Below, piece after piece: positions 1 to 11,168 of a stretch of DNA of 64,000 nucleotides; positions within the stretch are counted from its first letter, which is position 1; each line of letters starts with the position of its first letter. A program made the translations under genes and the position numbers. The notes below the pieces were generated by a model, which worked only from the letters and a program-made list of their open reading frames with translations, was not told the origin of the DNA and ran no database searches. The stretch is from an uncultured delta proteobacterium (GTDB lineage: Bacteria; Myxococcota; Myxococcia; Myxococcales; Anaeromyxobacteraceae), in assembly GCA_963845515.1 (NCBI GenBank), contig CAWJSR010000045.1:160001-224000 (forward strand), in the 5' to 3' direction.

Positions 1-104
1 TCCGGCGCGCTCTCCTCCGGGGACAGCACCCCGCGGCCGGTGGCGCAGCCGAGGCAGGCCGCCAGGAGCGCCGCCGCGATCTCAGGGCGGGAGCTCTGAT
101 CCAT
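1..104 (-). CDS. 5' part of a putative lipoprotein (runs off the window)
   Basis: Manual translation from ATG at 104: MDQSSRPEIAAALLAACLGCATG..., a hydrophobic stretch plus a lipobox-like LGC. Confidence 0.35.
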   Translation of the reverse strand, partial: MDQSSRPEIAAALLAACLGCATGRGVLSPEESAP

Positions 105-305
105 TCAAGTGCGTTCTTAAGGACTCACCGGAGCGGCGCGCCACGGCCCGGGGAGGGTTGCGCGGGTCGGCCGCAGGGCGCGCCATCCGCCCATGTGACG
201 CCCCGCGCCATCACCCTCGGCAGATCCAGGAGTCGGACATGTCGGGGCAGGTGAACCCGCACCCTCCTTTCGGCTATGCTCCGTCGCTCTCACCCGGAGG
301 GGCTC

Positions 306-731
306 GTGGCCGTCGATCAGATCTCGGTCTTCCTGCAGAACGAGACGGGCGGCGTCGCCGACGTCGTCGACGTCCTGGCGCGCTCGGCCGTCGACATCCG
401 CGCGCTGTCACTCGCCGACGAGAGCGACTTCGGCATCCTGCGGCTCATCGTCAACGAGACTGATCGCGCGGTCGCGTCACTCAAGGACGCGGGCTTCCCG
501 GTCCGGCGCACGCCGGTGGTCGCGGTCGAGATCCCCGATCGTCCGGGCGGCCTCGCGACGACGCTGAATGCGCTCCGCGGCATCGCCGTCGAGTACATGT
601 ACGCCTTCGTCCGGAAGAGCGGCGAGCAGGCGATCGTCGTCTTCCGCTTCGACGACGCCGAGAAGGCCATCGACACGCTCCGCAAGGCCGGAGCCCGCAT
701 CCTCGAAGCCGACGACATCCAGAAGCTCTGA
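306..731 (+). CDS. ACT domain-containing protein
   Basis: QISVFLQNETGG...SLADESDFGILRLIV...DRPGGL...EYMYAF tandem-ACT pattern; GGAGG RBS at 296-300 before GTG 306. Confidence 0.85.
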   Translation: MAVDQISVFLQNETGGVADVVDVLARSAVDIRALSLADESDFGILRLIVNETDRAVASLKDAGFPVRRTPVVAVEIPDRPGGLATTLNALRGIAVEYMYAFVRKSGEQAIVVFRFDDAEKAIDTLRKAGARILEADDIQKL

Positions 732-784
732 CCCACCAACCGTTCGAGACCGCAGCGCCCCCTACGTCGCAGAGGAGTCGCCCG

Positions 785-1930
785 ATGAAGATCCCCGTCA
801 ACCTCGCCGCCCTTGCAGCCCTCGCCGTCGCCTTCTCGGCCCCGGCCCACGCGGCCGACGACACCATCAAGGTCGGCGCCCTCCTCTCGGTGACCGGCCC
901 GGCGTCCTTCCTCGGCGCCCCAGAGGCGCGGACGCTCGAGATGCTCACCGAGCAGCTCAACGCGAAGGGCGGCGTCGCCGGGAAGAAGATCCAGCTCATC
1001 GTGAAGGACACCGCCGGAAGCCCGGAGAAGGCGGTCTCCTTCGCGAAGCAGCTGATCGAGGAGGAGCAGGTCTTCGCCATCATCGGTCCGGCGACCAGCG
1101 GCGAGACGATGCAGGTGAAGGGGATCGCCGAGGAGGCGAAGACGCCGCTCCTCTCCTGCGCCGCGGCCGAGGCGATCGTGAACCCGGTCGCCCGCTACGT
1201 GTTCAAGACCGCGCAGAAGGACAGCCACGCGATCGCCCACATCTTCGCGCAGATGAAGAAGATGGGCGCCACGAAGATCGGCGTCCTCTCGTCGAACACT
1301 GGCTTCGGCAAGGCTGGCAAGGAGCTGATCGGCAAGCTCGCGCCGGAGGCCGGAATCCAGATCGTCATCGACGAGACGTACGACAAGGCGGCGACCGACC
1401 TGACCGCCGAGGTGACCAAGCTGAAGGCGGCCGGCGTCCAGGCGCTCCTCAACTGGTCGATCGAGCCGGCGCAGTCGATCGTGATCAAGAACGCCCGGCA
1501 GATCGGGCTCAAGGTGCCGATCTTCCAGAGCCACGGCTTCGCCAACATCAACTACGTGAAGGGTGCTGGCGCGGCGGCGGAGGGCGTGATCTTCCCCGCC
1601 AGCGCGATCATCGTCGCCGAGTCGCTGCCGGCGAAGCATCCGCAGAAGAAGCTCCTCCTCGAGTACAAGAAGGCCTACGAGGGCAGGTACAAGGAAGACG
1701 CCAGCGCCTTCGGCGCCTATGCCCACGACGCGTTCGGCATCCTGGTGAAGGCGATCCAGGCGGGCGGCGCGGATCGCGAGAAGGTCCGCGACTCGATCGA
1801 GACCCTCAAGGGGTGGGCTGGCGCCTCGGGCGTCTTCACCATGTCGGCCGCCGACCACAACGGGCTCGGCATGGACGCCTTCGAGATGGTCACCGTGAAG
1901 AACGGCAGGTTCGTGCTCCTGGGGAAGTGA
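785..1930 (+). CDS. Branched-chain amino acid-type ABC transporter substrate-binding protein
   Basis: Signal peptide; IKVGALLSVTGPASFLG; LivJ/K-like pattern. Confidence 0.9.
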   Translation: MKIPVNLAALAALAVAFSAPAHAADDTIKVGALLSVTGPASFLGAPEARTLEMLTEQLNAKGGVAGKKIQLIVKDTAGSPEKAVSFAKQLIEEEQVFAIIGPATSGETMQVKGIAEEAKTPLLSCAAAEAIVNPVARYVFKTAQKDSHAIAHIFAQMKKMGATKIGVLSSNTGFGKAGKELIGKLAPEAGIQIVIDETYDKAATDLTAEVTKLKAAGVQALLNWSIEPAQSIVIKNARQIGLKVPIFQSHGFANINYVKGAGAAAEGVIFPASAIIVAESLPAKHPQKKLLLEYKKAYEGRYKEDASAFGAYAHDAFGILVKAIQAGGADREKVRDSIETLKGWAGASGVFTMSAADHNGLGMDAFEMVTVKNGRFVLLGK

Positions 1931-1958
1931 CGCCGGCGCGTCTCATCGGAGATCCCAC

Positions 1959-3101
1959 ATGAAGAAGCTCCTGTTCCTCGCTGCGTTCCTCGGTCTCGTC
2001 CCGGCCTCACCGGTGGCGGCTGCAGACGCTGCGCCGCTGAAGATCGGCGCGCTCCTCGCCGTCACCGGCCCGGCCTCGTTCCTCGGCGCCCCCGAGGCCC
2101 GCACCCTGGAGATGCTGGTCGAGGAGGCGAACGCGAAGGGTGGCGTCGACGGTCACAGGATCCAGCTCATCGTGAAGGACACCGGCGGCAGCCCCGAGAA
2201 GGCGGTCTCCTTCGCCAAGCAGCTGATCGAGGAGGAGCAGGTCTTCGCGATCATCGGCCCCGCGACCTCCGGCGAGACGATGCAGGTGAAGGCCATCGCC
2301 GAGGCCGGCCAGACGATCCTCATCTCCTGCGCCGCGGCCGAGGTGATCGTCAACCCGGTCGCTTCGCACGTCTTCAACGTCGCGCCGAAGGATCGCTACG
2401 CGGCGGAGATGATCTTCAGGCGGATGAAGAAGCTGGGGATCACGAAGGTCGGCCTCCTCTCCTCCAACACGGGCTTCGGGAAGGCCGGCAAGGAGCAGGT
2501 GGAGAAGGCCGCTCCCGGCGCGGGCATCGCGCTGGTCGCCAACGAGGTCTACGACAAGGCGGCCACCGACCTGACGGCCGAGGTGACCAAGCTGAAGGCG
2601 GCCGGGGTGCAGGCGATCCTCAACTGGTCCATCGAGCCCGCCCAGGCGATCGTGATCAAGAACGCGCGCCAGATCGGCCTGAAGGTCCCGATCTTCCAGA
2701 GCCACGGCTTCGCCAACATCCAGTACGCGAAGACCGCCGGCGCGGCGGCCGAGGGCGTGATGTTCCCCGCGAGCCGCATCGTCGTCGCCGACTCGCTCCC
2801 CGCGAAGCATCCGCAGAAGCAGGTCGTGACGGCGTACAAGACGGCCTACGAGGCGAGGTACAAGGAGGACGTCTCCACGTTCGGTGGCCACGCGTGGGAC
2901 TCCCTCAACATCCTCGTCCGCGCGGTGAAGGAGGCCGGGCTCGACCGCGAGAAGGTGCGCGCGGCGATCGAGAACATGAAGGGCTACGTCGGCACCGCCG
3001 GCGTCTTCAACTACTCGCCGACCGACCACAACGGCCTCAGCATCGACGCCTTCGCCATGCTGACCGTCAAGGGCGGGAAGTTCGTGATGCTCGCAGAGTG
3101 A
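1959..3101 (+). CDS. Branched-chain amino acid-type ABC substrate-binding protein (tandem paralog)
   Basis: Long identical blocks shared with the 785-1930 protein. Confidence 0.9.
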   Translation: MKKLLFLAAFLGLVPASPVAAADAAPLKIGALLAVTGPASFLGAPEARTLEMLVEEANAKGGVDGHRIQLIVKDTGGSPEKAVSFAKQLIEEEQVFAIIGPATSGETMQVKAIAEAGQTILISCAAAEVIVNPVASHVFNVAPKDRYAAEMIFRRMKKLGITKVGLLSSNTGFGKAGKEQVEKAAPGAGIALVANEVYDKAATDLTAEVTKLKAAGVQAILNWSIEPAQAIVIKNARQIGLKVPIFQSHGFANIQYAKTAGAAAEGVMFPASRIVVADSLPAKHPQKQVVTAYKTAYEARYKEDVSTFGGHAWDSLNILVRAVKEAGLDREKVRAAIENMKGYVGTAGVFNYSPTDHNGLSIDAFAMLTVKGGKFVMLAE

Positions 3102-3991
3102 TGTCCCTAGAGCTCGTCCTCCAGTACCTCGTCGCGGGGCTGACCTACGGCACGATCTACGCGGTCGTCGGCGTGGGCTTCAACATCATCTACAACGCCA
3201 CCGGCATCATCAACTTCGCCCAGGGCGAGTTCGTGATGCTGGGCGGGATGACGGCCGTGACGCTCCAGCGCCTGGTCCCGCTGCCGCTCGCCATCGCCGG
3301 CGCGGTCGTCGTGACCATGGCGGTGGGGGCGCTCATCGAGGTGAGCTTCATCCGGTGGCTCAGGAAGCCCTCGGTGCTCCGGATGGTCGTCATCACGATC
3401 GGGATCTCGATCGTGGTGCGCGAGGGGGCCCTCATGGTGTGGGGCGAGTCGGTCCGGGCGCTCCCCTACTTCACCGGGGACGAGGTCACGTCGCTCGCCC
3501 TCGCGGGCGTCCACGTGTCGCCCCAGGTCCTGTGGAGCCTCGGGACGTGCCTCGCGATCGTCGGGTTCCTCTGGTTCTTCTTCCAGCACACCTCGGTGGG
3601 GCGGCAGATGCGGGCCTGCGCCGCGAACCGCGACGCCGCCGCGCTCTGCGGGGTGCCCACCAGGAACCTCGTCACGCTCTCCTTCGTGCTCTCCGCCGGG
3701 ATCGGTGCGCTCGCCGGCTGCGTCACGTCGCCGATCACCTACACGTCGTACTCGATCGGCTCCGGCCTCGCCATCAAGGGCTTCACGGTCGCGATCCTCG
3801 GTGGGCTGGGGAACAGCATGGCGGCGGTCGGCGCTGGCTTCCTCGTCGGCATCCTGGAGGCGGCCAGCGTCTCGCTCCTCCCGGCCGCCTACAAGGACGC
3901 CGTCTCGGTGGCGCTGCTCCTCGCCATCCTCTTCGTCAGGCCGAGCGGGATCTTCGGGTCGGGCGAGGTGGAGAGGCTCAGGGCGCATTGA
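3101..3991 (+). CDS. livH: LivH-type ABC permease
   Basis: GIINFAQGEFVMLGG, GRQMRACAAN, KGFTVAILGGLG; ATG overlaps the upstream TGA. Confidence 0.88.
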   Translation: MSLELVLQYLVAGLTYGTIYAVVGVGFNIIYNATGIINFAQGEFVMLGGMTAVTLQRLVPLPLAIAGAVVVTMAVGALIEVSFIRWLRKPSVLRMVVITIGISIVVREGALMVWGESVRALPYFTGDEVTSLALAGVHVSPQVLWSLGTCLAIVGFLWFFFQHTSVGRQMRACAANRDAAALCGVPTRNLVTLSFVLSAGIGALAGCVTSPITYTSYSIGSGLAIKGFTVAILGGLGNSMAAVGAGFLVGILEAASVSLLPAAYKDAVSVALLLAILFVRPSGIFGSGEVERLRAH

Positions 3992-3993
3992 CG

Positions 3994-5091
3994 ATGCTCC
4001 GCTCCCGCTACGCCCGCATCGCGCTCTTCGGCGCCGCCGTCGTGGTCGTCCAGGCGGCCACCCACCTCGGCGGGAAGTCCTTCTTCCTGACGCAGCTCAC
4101 GATGTCCGGCTACTACACGCTCGTCGCCGTGGGGCTGTCGGTGCTGATGGGCTACGCGGGCCAGCTGTCGCTGGGCCACGCGGCCTTCTTCGCGATCGGC
4201 GGCTACGCGAGCGGCTGGTTGACGACCGCCGATCTCGCCCCGCTGCGCGGGCGGGGGCTCGTGGCGCTCCTGGATCGCGCGGGGCTCCTCGTCACGCGGG
4301 CCGACCTCTACGGCGGCGAGACCCTCGTGGTCCACCCGTGGGCCGCCTTCGCCGTCGCGATCGCGCTGGCGCTGGCCATCGCGTGGGCGATCGGCGTCCC
4401 GGTGCTCAGGCTCAAGGGGCACTACCTCGCGATGGCGACGCTCGGGTTCGGCACGATCGTCTACAGCGTCGTGCTCGGCACGGCCAGCTTCGGCGCCGCC
4501 GACGGCCTGTCCGGCGTCCCGCCGTTCCCGCTGCCCGCGGGGTTCTCGGTGAGCGGCGCCCGCGCCGACCGCATCTCGAACTACTACGTCGCGTGGGGGC
4601 TCGTGGCGCTCGCGCTCCTGCTGCTGGTCAACCTGGTCGAGTCCCGGGTCGGCCGGGCGCTCAGGGCGATCCACGGCGCGGAGGACGCCGCCGGCTCGAT
4701 GGGCGTCGACGTCGCGCGCTTCAAGCTCAAGACCTTCGTCCTCTCCGCGGTCCTGGCGGCCGTCGGCGGCTCCTTCCTCACCCACTACAGCGGCGGCATC
4801 GGCCCGGGCGAGGCGGCCGTCATGAAGTCCGTCCGCTACGTCGCGATCGTGGCCGTCGGCGGGATGGGCAGCCTCTGGGGCACCGTGGCCACCAGCCTCG
4901 CCCTCAACTTCCTGTCGCTGCGGGGCTACTTCGGGACGCTCGACGACGCGGTCTTCGGCGTCGTGCTGCTCGTCGTGATGCTCTTCTCGCCCGACGGGAT
5001 CCTGCAGCTCGACGTGCGCGGGTGGGTGGTGGCGCTGGTCGCGCGCCTGCGGAAGCCGGCCAGGCCGGCGAAGCCCGAGGAGCCGGCGTGA
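3994..5091 (+). CDS. livM: LivM-type ABC permease
   Basis: GYAGQLSLGHAAFFAIGGY, LRLKGHYLAMATLGF. Confidence 0.88.
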   Translation: MLRSRYARIALFGAAVVVVQAATHLGGKSFFLTQLTMSGYYTLVAVGLSVLMGYAGQLSLGHAAFFAIGGYASGWLTTADLAPLRGRGLVALLDRAGLLVTRADLYGGETLVVHPWAAFAVAIALALAIAWAIGVPVLRLKGHYLAMATLGFGTIVYSVVLGTASFGAADGLSGVPPFPLPAGFSVSGARADRISNYYVAWGLVALALLLLVNLVESRVGRALRAIHGAEDAAGSMGVDVARFKLKTFVLSAVLAAVGGSFLTHYSGGIGPGEAAVMKSVRYVAIVAVGGMGSLWGTVATSLALNFLSLRGYFGTLDDAVFGVVLLVVMLFSPDGILQLDVRGWVVALVARLRKPARPAKPEEPA

Positions 5092-5847
5092 CGGCGCTCC
5101 TCGAGGTGAGCGCGCTCTCGAAGCGCTTCGGCGGCCTGCAGGCGGTGAAGGAGGTCTCCTTCAAGGTCGAGAAGGGGACGGTCAAGGCGCTCATCGGGCC
5201 GAACGGCGCGGGCAAGACGACGCTCTTCCACCTCCTCTCCGGCGTCCTCTCACCGGACAGCGGCTCGGTCTCACTCCGCGGGGCGCCGATCCACGGCCTG
5301 CCGGCCCACCGCGTGGCGGCGCTCGGGCTCTCCCGCACGTTCCAGCACATCAGGCTCTTCGCGCACATGACGGCGCTGGAGAACGTGAAGGTCGGCTGCC
5401 ACGTACGGAGCCGCGCCGGCTTCCTGGCGGGGATGTTCCACCTCCCCTGGACCTGGAGTGAGGAGCGCGAGATCGCCCGCCGGGCGCAGGTCGAGCTGGA
5501 GTTCCTGGGCATCGGGGAGCTGGCCGACGCCGACGCGACGAGCCTCTCGTACGGCCAGCAGCGATCGGTCGAGCTGGCGCGCGCGCTCGCCGCCGGGCCG
5601 GAGCTGCTCCTGCTCGACGAGCCGGCGGCCGGCCTCAACATGCGCGAGACGGTCGAGCTCGCGAAGCTGATCGGCCGGATCAAGGAGCGCGGCGTGACGG
5701 TGCTCATCGTCGAGCACGACATGGGGCTCGTCATGAACGTCTCCGACGAGGTGGCGGTGCTCTCCTATGGCGAGAAGATCGCCGACGCCGATCCGCGGTC
5801 CGTGCAGAAGAACCCCGAGGTCATCCGGGTCTACCTGGGTGAGGACG

Positions 5848-5855
<8 letters not shown>
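5088..5855 (+). CDS. livG: LivG-type ABC ATP-binding protein
   Basis: Walker A GPNGAGKT, LLLLDEPAAG, VEHDM. Confidence 0.9.
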
Positions 5856-6584
<729 letters not shown>

Positions 6585-6588
<4 letters not shown>

Positions 6589-7907
6589 GCGAGGGGGCGA
6601 AGACCATGATCTGGCAGCCCGAGAACGAGTGCATGGATCGCGCCGAGCTGGAGCAGCTGCAGCTCGAGCGGCTGGAGGCGACGCTGGTCCGCGTCTACCG
6701 CCACGTGCCGTTCTACCGGAAGCAGCTGGACGAGCTCGGGTTCGACCCGGACGACTTCCGGTCGCTCTCGGACCTCTCCAGGCTCCCGTTCACGACCAAG
6801 GACGACCTGCGCGCGAACCACCCGTACGGCCTCTTCGCCGTGCCGCTGCGTGACGTGGTCCGCGTGCACGCCTCGTCCGGAACCACCGGCCACGCCACCG
6901 CGGTCGGCTACACCCGCAACGACATGCGCACCTGGGCGGAGCTCACCGCGCGGGTGCTCGTGGCAGGCGGGGTCACCAAGGACGACGTGGTCCAGATCGC
7001 GTTCGACTACGGCCTCTTCACCGGCGCGTTCGGGCTGCACCAGGGCGCGGAGCGGCTGGGCGCGTCGGTCGTCCCGGTCTCGTCGGCCAACGCCAGGCGC
7101 CAGGTCGGCATCATGCGCGACTACCGCACGACTGCGCTCGTCACGACGCCGAGCCACGCGCTCAACATCGCCGACGCGATGATCGAGATGGGGCTCAACC
7201 CCGCCGCCCTCTCGCTGAAGCACGGCCTCTTCGGCACCGAGCCCTGGTCGGAGTCGATGCGCAGGGAGATCGAGGAGAAGCTGGAGATCACCGCGACCGA
7301 CAACTACGGCCTCTCCGAGGTGATGGGGCCGGGGGTCGCCTGCGAGTGCCTCGAGAAGAACGGCCTGCACCTGGCGGAGGACCACTTCATCGTCGAGGTG
7401 ATCGACCCGGAGACGCTGAAGCCCGTGGCGCCCGGGGTCGTGGGAGAGCTGGTCATCACGACGCTCACCAAGGAGGCGATCCCGGTGCTCCGCTACCGGA
7501 CGCGCGACCTCAGCTCCCTCGTCGACACGCCGTGCCCCTGCGGGCGGACCCACCGCCGGATCACGCGGGTGAAGGGTCGGACCGACGACATGATCATCGT
7601 GAAGGGGGCGCGCTTCTTCCCGTCGGAGATCGAGGCGGTCCTGTTCGAGGTCGAGGGGACCGAGCCCCACTACCAGATCCAGCTCGATCGCGAGGCGGGG
7701 CAGGAGAAGGTGACGGTGCTGGTGGAGGTCTCGGAGTCGACGTTCTTCGACGAGATGAAGAAGCAGGCCGTGGTGAAGGAGACGATCGTGAAGCGGCTCG
7801 CCGCCGAGGTCGGCGTCACCGTCGACGTGAAGCTCGTCGGCAGGAAGGTGCTCGAGCGCTTCGACGGGAAGGCGAGGCGGGTCGTGGATCGTCGCAAGGT
7901 GGAGTAG
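6585..7907 (+). CDS. paaK: Phenylacetate-CoA ligase family protein
   Basis: HASSGTTG, YGLFTGAFGLH, YGLSE, RYRTRD, GRTDDM. Confidence 0.88.
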
Positions 7908-7942
7908 GAAGGAACGCGGAACGACAGGGAGGTCACAGGCTC

Positions 7943-8188
7943 ATGGGCTCGCTCCTTCAACTCATCGTCGTCGGCTTCATCGCCGGGTGGCTCGCCCGCT
8001 ACTACATGGGGGCGCGGAGGCGGGGGGCGGTCGTCGACATCGCGCTGGGGATCGTCGGCGCGGTCGCCGGCGGCTTCCTCTTCGGCATCCTCGGCTTCGG
8101 CGCGCACGGGCTCTTCGCGAAGATCGTCGTCGCCTTCATCGGCGCGGTGATCGTCATCGCCGCCTACCGGGCGTTGACCAGGCGCTGA
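7943..8188 (+). CDS. GlsB/YeaQ/YmgE (transglycosylase-associated) membrane protein
   Basis: IVVGFIAGWLA...DIALGIVGAVAGG...AFIGAV. Confidence 0.85.
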   Translation: MGSLLQLIVVGFIAGWLARYYMGARRRGAVVDIALGIVGAVAGGFLFGILGFGAHGLFAKIVVAFIGAVIVIAAYRALTRR

Positions 8189-8192
8189 GGGG

Positions 8193-9323
8193 TCACCCGC
8201 GGCGCTCCCACGCCGCCGCGAAGAACGCGTCGCACCCCTGCCGGTGCGGCCACGTCCTTAGGAAGCCGTCGGGCGTGACGCAGTCGGTCGGGGCCGCGGG
8301 CCGCACGCGCTCGAACGCCGGGTTCCGGACCTCGAACGCCAGCGCCACCTCCTCGTCCTCCTCGCGCCTGAACGTGCAGGTGGCGTAGACGAGCGTGCCG
8401 CCCGGTCTCACGTGGGCCGTCGCGCGCTCGCAGAGCGCAAGCTGGAGCTTCGGCAGGTCGCGAAGGGAGGCCGGATCGAGCCTCCACCGGAGGTCGGGCC
8501 CGCGTCGCAGGGTCCCCAGCTCCGAGCACGGCGCGTCGACGAGGACACGGTCGACCGCGAGCCCGGTCGGCGGGGTGGCGCCGTGGACCGAGACGTTCGC
8601 GGCGCCGGCGCGGCCCGTGCGGTCATGGAGCCGTCGAAGCCTGTCGCCGTCCGGATCGGCCGCGTGCACGCGACCCTCGCGGCCGACGTCGGCAGCCAGC
8701 GCCAGCGTCTTGCCGCCGGCGCCGGCGCACAGGTCGAGCACCTCCTCCCCCCGGCGCGAGCCGACGATGGCCGCGAGCAGCTGGCTCCCCTCGTCCTGCA
8801 CCTCGAAGAGCCCGTCGCGCCACGCGGCGGAGCCGAAGAGGTTGGGGCGCTCGCTCTGGACGAGGAGGGCATGCGGCGCGAGGGCGCCCGTGCGGGTGTC
8901 GATGCCCTCGGCGCGCAAGCGCTCCGCCAGGGCGTCGCGACCCACGCGCGCGGAGTTGGCGCGCAGGGCGACGGGTGCCGGCAGGCAGAGCGCCTCGGCG
9001 AGCGCAGCGGCCTCGTCGGCGCCCGCGGCCGAGGCGAGCTCCGCGGCGAGCCAGTCCGGGAAGGACCACCGCTCGGCGAGCGGCTCAGGCGCCGGCCGCG
9101 TCGACGGCAACGAGCCGGGGGGCAGGCCGACGAGCCGCTCCGCCTCGGCACGTCCGGCGAGATCCCGCAGCAGCGCGGCGAGCAGCAGCCGCGGCCCGGC
9201 CGTCGGGCCAGCGTGCCACCGGAGCCGCCGGCGCCAGAGCCCGACGCCGAAGGTCGCCTCGGCCACCGCGCGCCGGCCGTCGCGGTCCAGGTCGCGGTGC
9301 GCGCGGAGGAAGCGGTCGAGCAC
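8193..9323 (-). CDS. RsmB/NOP family RNA m5C methyltransferase (frame open to ~9449, so the start may lie further upstream)
   Basis: QDEGSQ, DLCAGAGGKT, VDAPCS, YATCT. Confidence 0.88.
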   Translation of the reverse strand: MLDRFLRAHRDLDRDGRRAVAEATFGVGLWRRRLRWHAGPTAGPRLLLAALLRDLAGRAEAERLVGLPPGSLPSTRPAPEPLAERWSFPDWLAAELASAAGADEAAALAEALCLPAPVALRANSARVGRDALAERLRAEGIDTRTGALAPHALLVQSERPNLFGSAAWRDGLFEVQDEGSQLLAAIVGSRRGEEVLDLCAGAGGKTLALAADVGREGRVHAADPDGDRLRRLHDRTGRAGAANVSVHGATPPTGLAVDRVLVDAPCSELGTLRRGPDLRWRLDPASLRDLPKLQLALCERATAHVRPGGTLVYATCTFRREEDEEVALAFEVRNPAFERVRPAAPTDCVTPDGFLRTWPHRQGCDAFFAAAWERRG

Positions 9324-9445
9324 ACGCTCAGCCGCGGCGCCGCCGAGGATCTCTGCGAGCGGCGCGTCCAGGGCCGGCGCGAGCCCCGAGAGCCGCTCCC
9401 ACGGGACGGCGCGGAGGCGGGCGTCGACCCTGGTCGGAGGCTGGG

Positions 9446-10711
9446 TCAGGGGCCGATCCGATCGAGCTTGCGCAGCGCAGGGGCGCGCCAGGCGACGGTC
9501 GCGACCGTCAGGAGCGTCATCAGCCCGCCGAAGACCACCGACGGGACGACGCCGATCAGGCGGGCGGCGACCCCGCTCTCGAAGGCGCCGAGCTCGTTCG
9601 AGGACCCGATGAAGAAGCCGTTCACCGCGGAGACGCGCCCCATCTTCTCGCGAGGCGTGTAGGTCTGGACGAGCACGCTCCGGAGCACGACCGAGACGTT
9701 GTCGAGCGCGCCGCCGAGCGCGAGGAGCGCGAGCGAGAGCAGGTAGGACCTGGAGACCGCGAAGGCGATCCAGGTGACGCCGAAGACGGCGACGCTCCAG
9801 AGGAGCGTCCGGCCGGCCTTGGGGAAGTGGCCGAAGCGAACGAGGGAGAGCGACATGATCACCGAGCCGACGGCCGGCGCCGCGCGCAGGAAGCCGAAGC
9901 CGATCTCACCGACGCCGAGGAGGTCCCGCGCGAAGACGGGGAGGAGGGCGGCGGCACCTCCGAAGAGGACCGCGAAGAGGTCCAGGCTCAGCGCGCCGAG
10001 GATGAGCGGCTGGCCGAAGACGAACCGGACGCCGTCGGCGAGATCGTCGAAGAGGCCGCCACCCGGGGGGGCCTCGACGGGCCGGCGCTTCACGCCGGCG
10101 AGCGCGAAGAGCCCCCCTGCCGCGAGCAACACCACGACGGCGTAGGCGAGCCGCGGCCCGCCCAGCGCGATGAGGAGGCCGCCGAGCGCCGGACCGAGCA
10201 CCATCGCGGCGTGGAAGAACGAGGAGCGCCAGCTCGCCGCGTTGTGGTAGTGGGCGCGCGGGACGATCTCCGCGCCGAGCGCGCTGGTGGCGGGACGGAA
10301 GAAGGCCCGGCCCAGGCCGGCGAGCGCCTGCGCGGCGTACAGGGGCAGCGTGGAGCGCGGGCTGCCGAGGCTCACCACGAGGAGCCAGGCGCCGCTCGCG
10401 CCGATGGCCGCCAGCCCGGCGATCGAGAGCAGGCGGCGGTCCCGGCGATCCGCTGCCCAGCCGCCGACCAGGGTGAGGGTGAGGAAGGGGACCGCCTCGG
10501 CCAGCCCGACGAGGCCGAGCGAGAGCGGGTCTCCCGTCAGCGAGTAGATCTGCCAGCCCAGCACCGCGCTCTGGATCTGCGTGGCGACGAAGACGGCCAC
10601 CATCCCACCGAGGAAGGCGCGGTACTCGGGGAAGCGCAGCGAGGCGTACGGGTCGGGGGCCACCGGCGACGCATGCTGCGCCGCGGCGTGCCGGGCGGTC
10701 AAGCGCGGCAC
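9446..10711 (-). CDS. MFS transporter (EntS/H+ antiporter-like)
   Basis: GWAADRRDRR motif A, LDLFAVLFGG, SNELGAFESG. Confidence 0.88.
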   Translation of the reverse strand: MPRLTARHAAAQHASPVAPDPYASLRFPEYRAFLGGMVAVFVATQIQSAVLGWQIYSLTGDPLSLGLVGLAEAVPFLTLTLVGGWAADRRDRRLLSIAGLAAIGASGAWLLVVSLGSPRSTLPLYAAQALAGLGRAFFRPATSALGAEIVPRAHYHNAASWRSSFFHAAMVLGPALGGLLIALGGPRLAYAVVVLLAAGGLFALAGVKRRPVEAPPGGGLFDDLADGVRFVFGQPLILGALSLDLFAVLFGGAAALLPVFARDLLGVGEIGFGFLRAAPAVGSVIMSLSLVRFGHFPKAGRTLLWSVAVFGVTWIAFAVSRSYLLSLALLALGGALDNVSVVLRSVLVQTYTPREKMGRVSAVNGFFIGSSNELGAFESGVAARLIGVVPSVVFGGLMTLLTVATVAWRAPALRKLDRIGP

Positions 10712-10790
10712 GGGGAGCGAGGCCGGGCCTCCGGACCCACACCGCCGCCTTTACCGCGAGGGTGAAATGAGGTCGGATCGAGGTGAACCC

Positions 10791-11168
10791 ATGGGCCGCA
10801 TCCTGATCATCGAAGACGACAGCGCCATTCGCGAGATGTTGCGGCGGCGGCTGGAGCTCCGCGGCTTCGAGGTCGAGCAGGCGCCCGACGGCGAGTCGGG
10901 GCTCGCCATGATCCACGCGTCCCTGCCCGACGTCGTGCTCCTCGACCACGGGCTCCCGGGCATCAGCGGCTGGGAGGTCGCCCGGGCGCTGCGCGCAGAC
11001 CCACGCTTCGCGGCGCTACCCATCATCGCCCTCACGGCCCACGCCGGCCCGCTGGCGCGGCGCGACGCGCTCGACGCCGGCTGCACCGCCTTCCTCACCA
11101 AGCCGGTCGACATGAAGGCGCTCGAGAAGGAGCTGCGAACCCACGTCAAGCCCGGGAAGCCCCGGTGA
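10791..11168 (+). CDS. Single-domain response regulator
   Basis: ILIIEDD, VLLD, IALTAH, FLTKP. Confidence 0.9.
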   Translation: MGRILIIEDDSAIREMLRRRLELRGFEVEQAPDGESGLAMIHASLPDVVLLDHGLPGISGWEVARALRADPRFAALPIIALTAHAGPLARRDALDAGCTAFLTKPVDMKALEKELRTHVKPGKPR

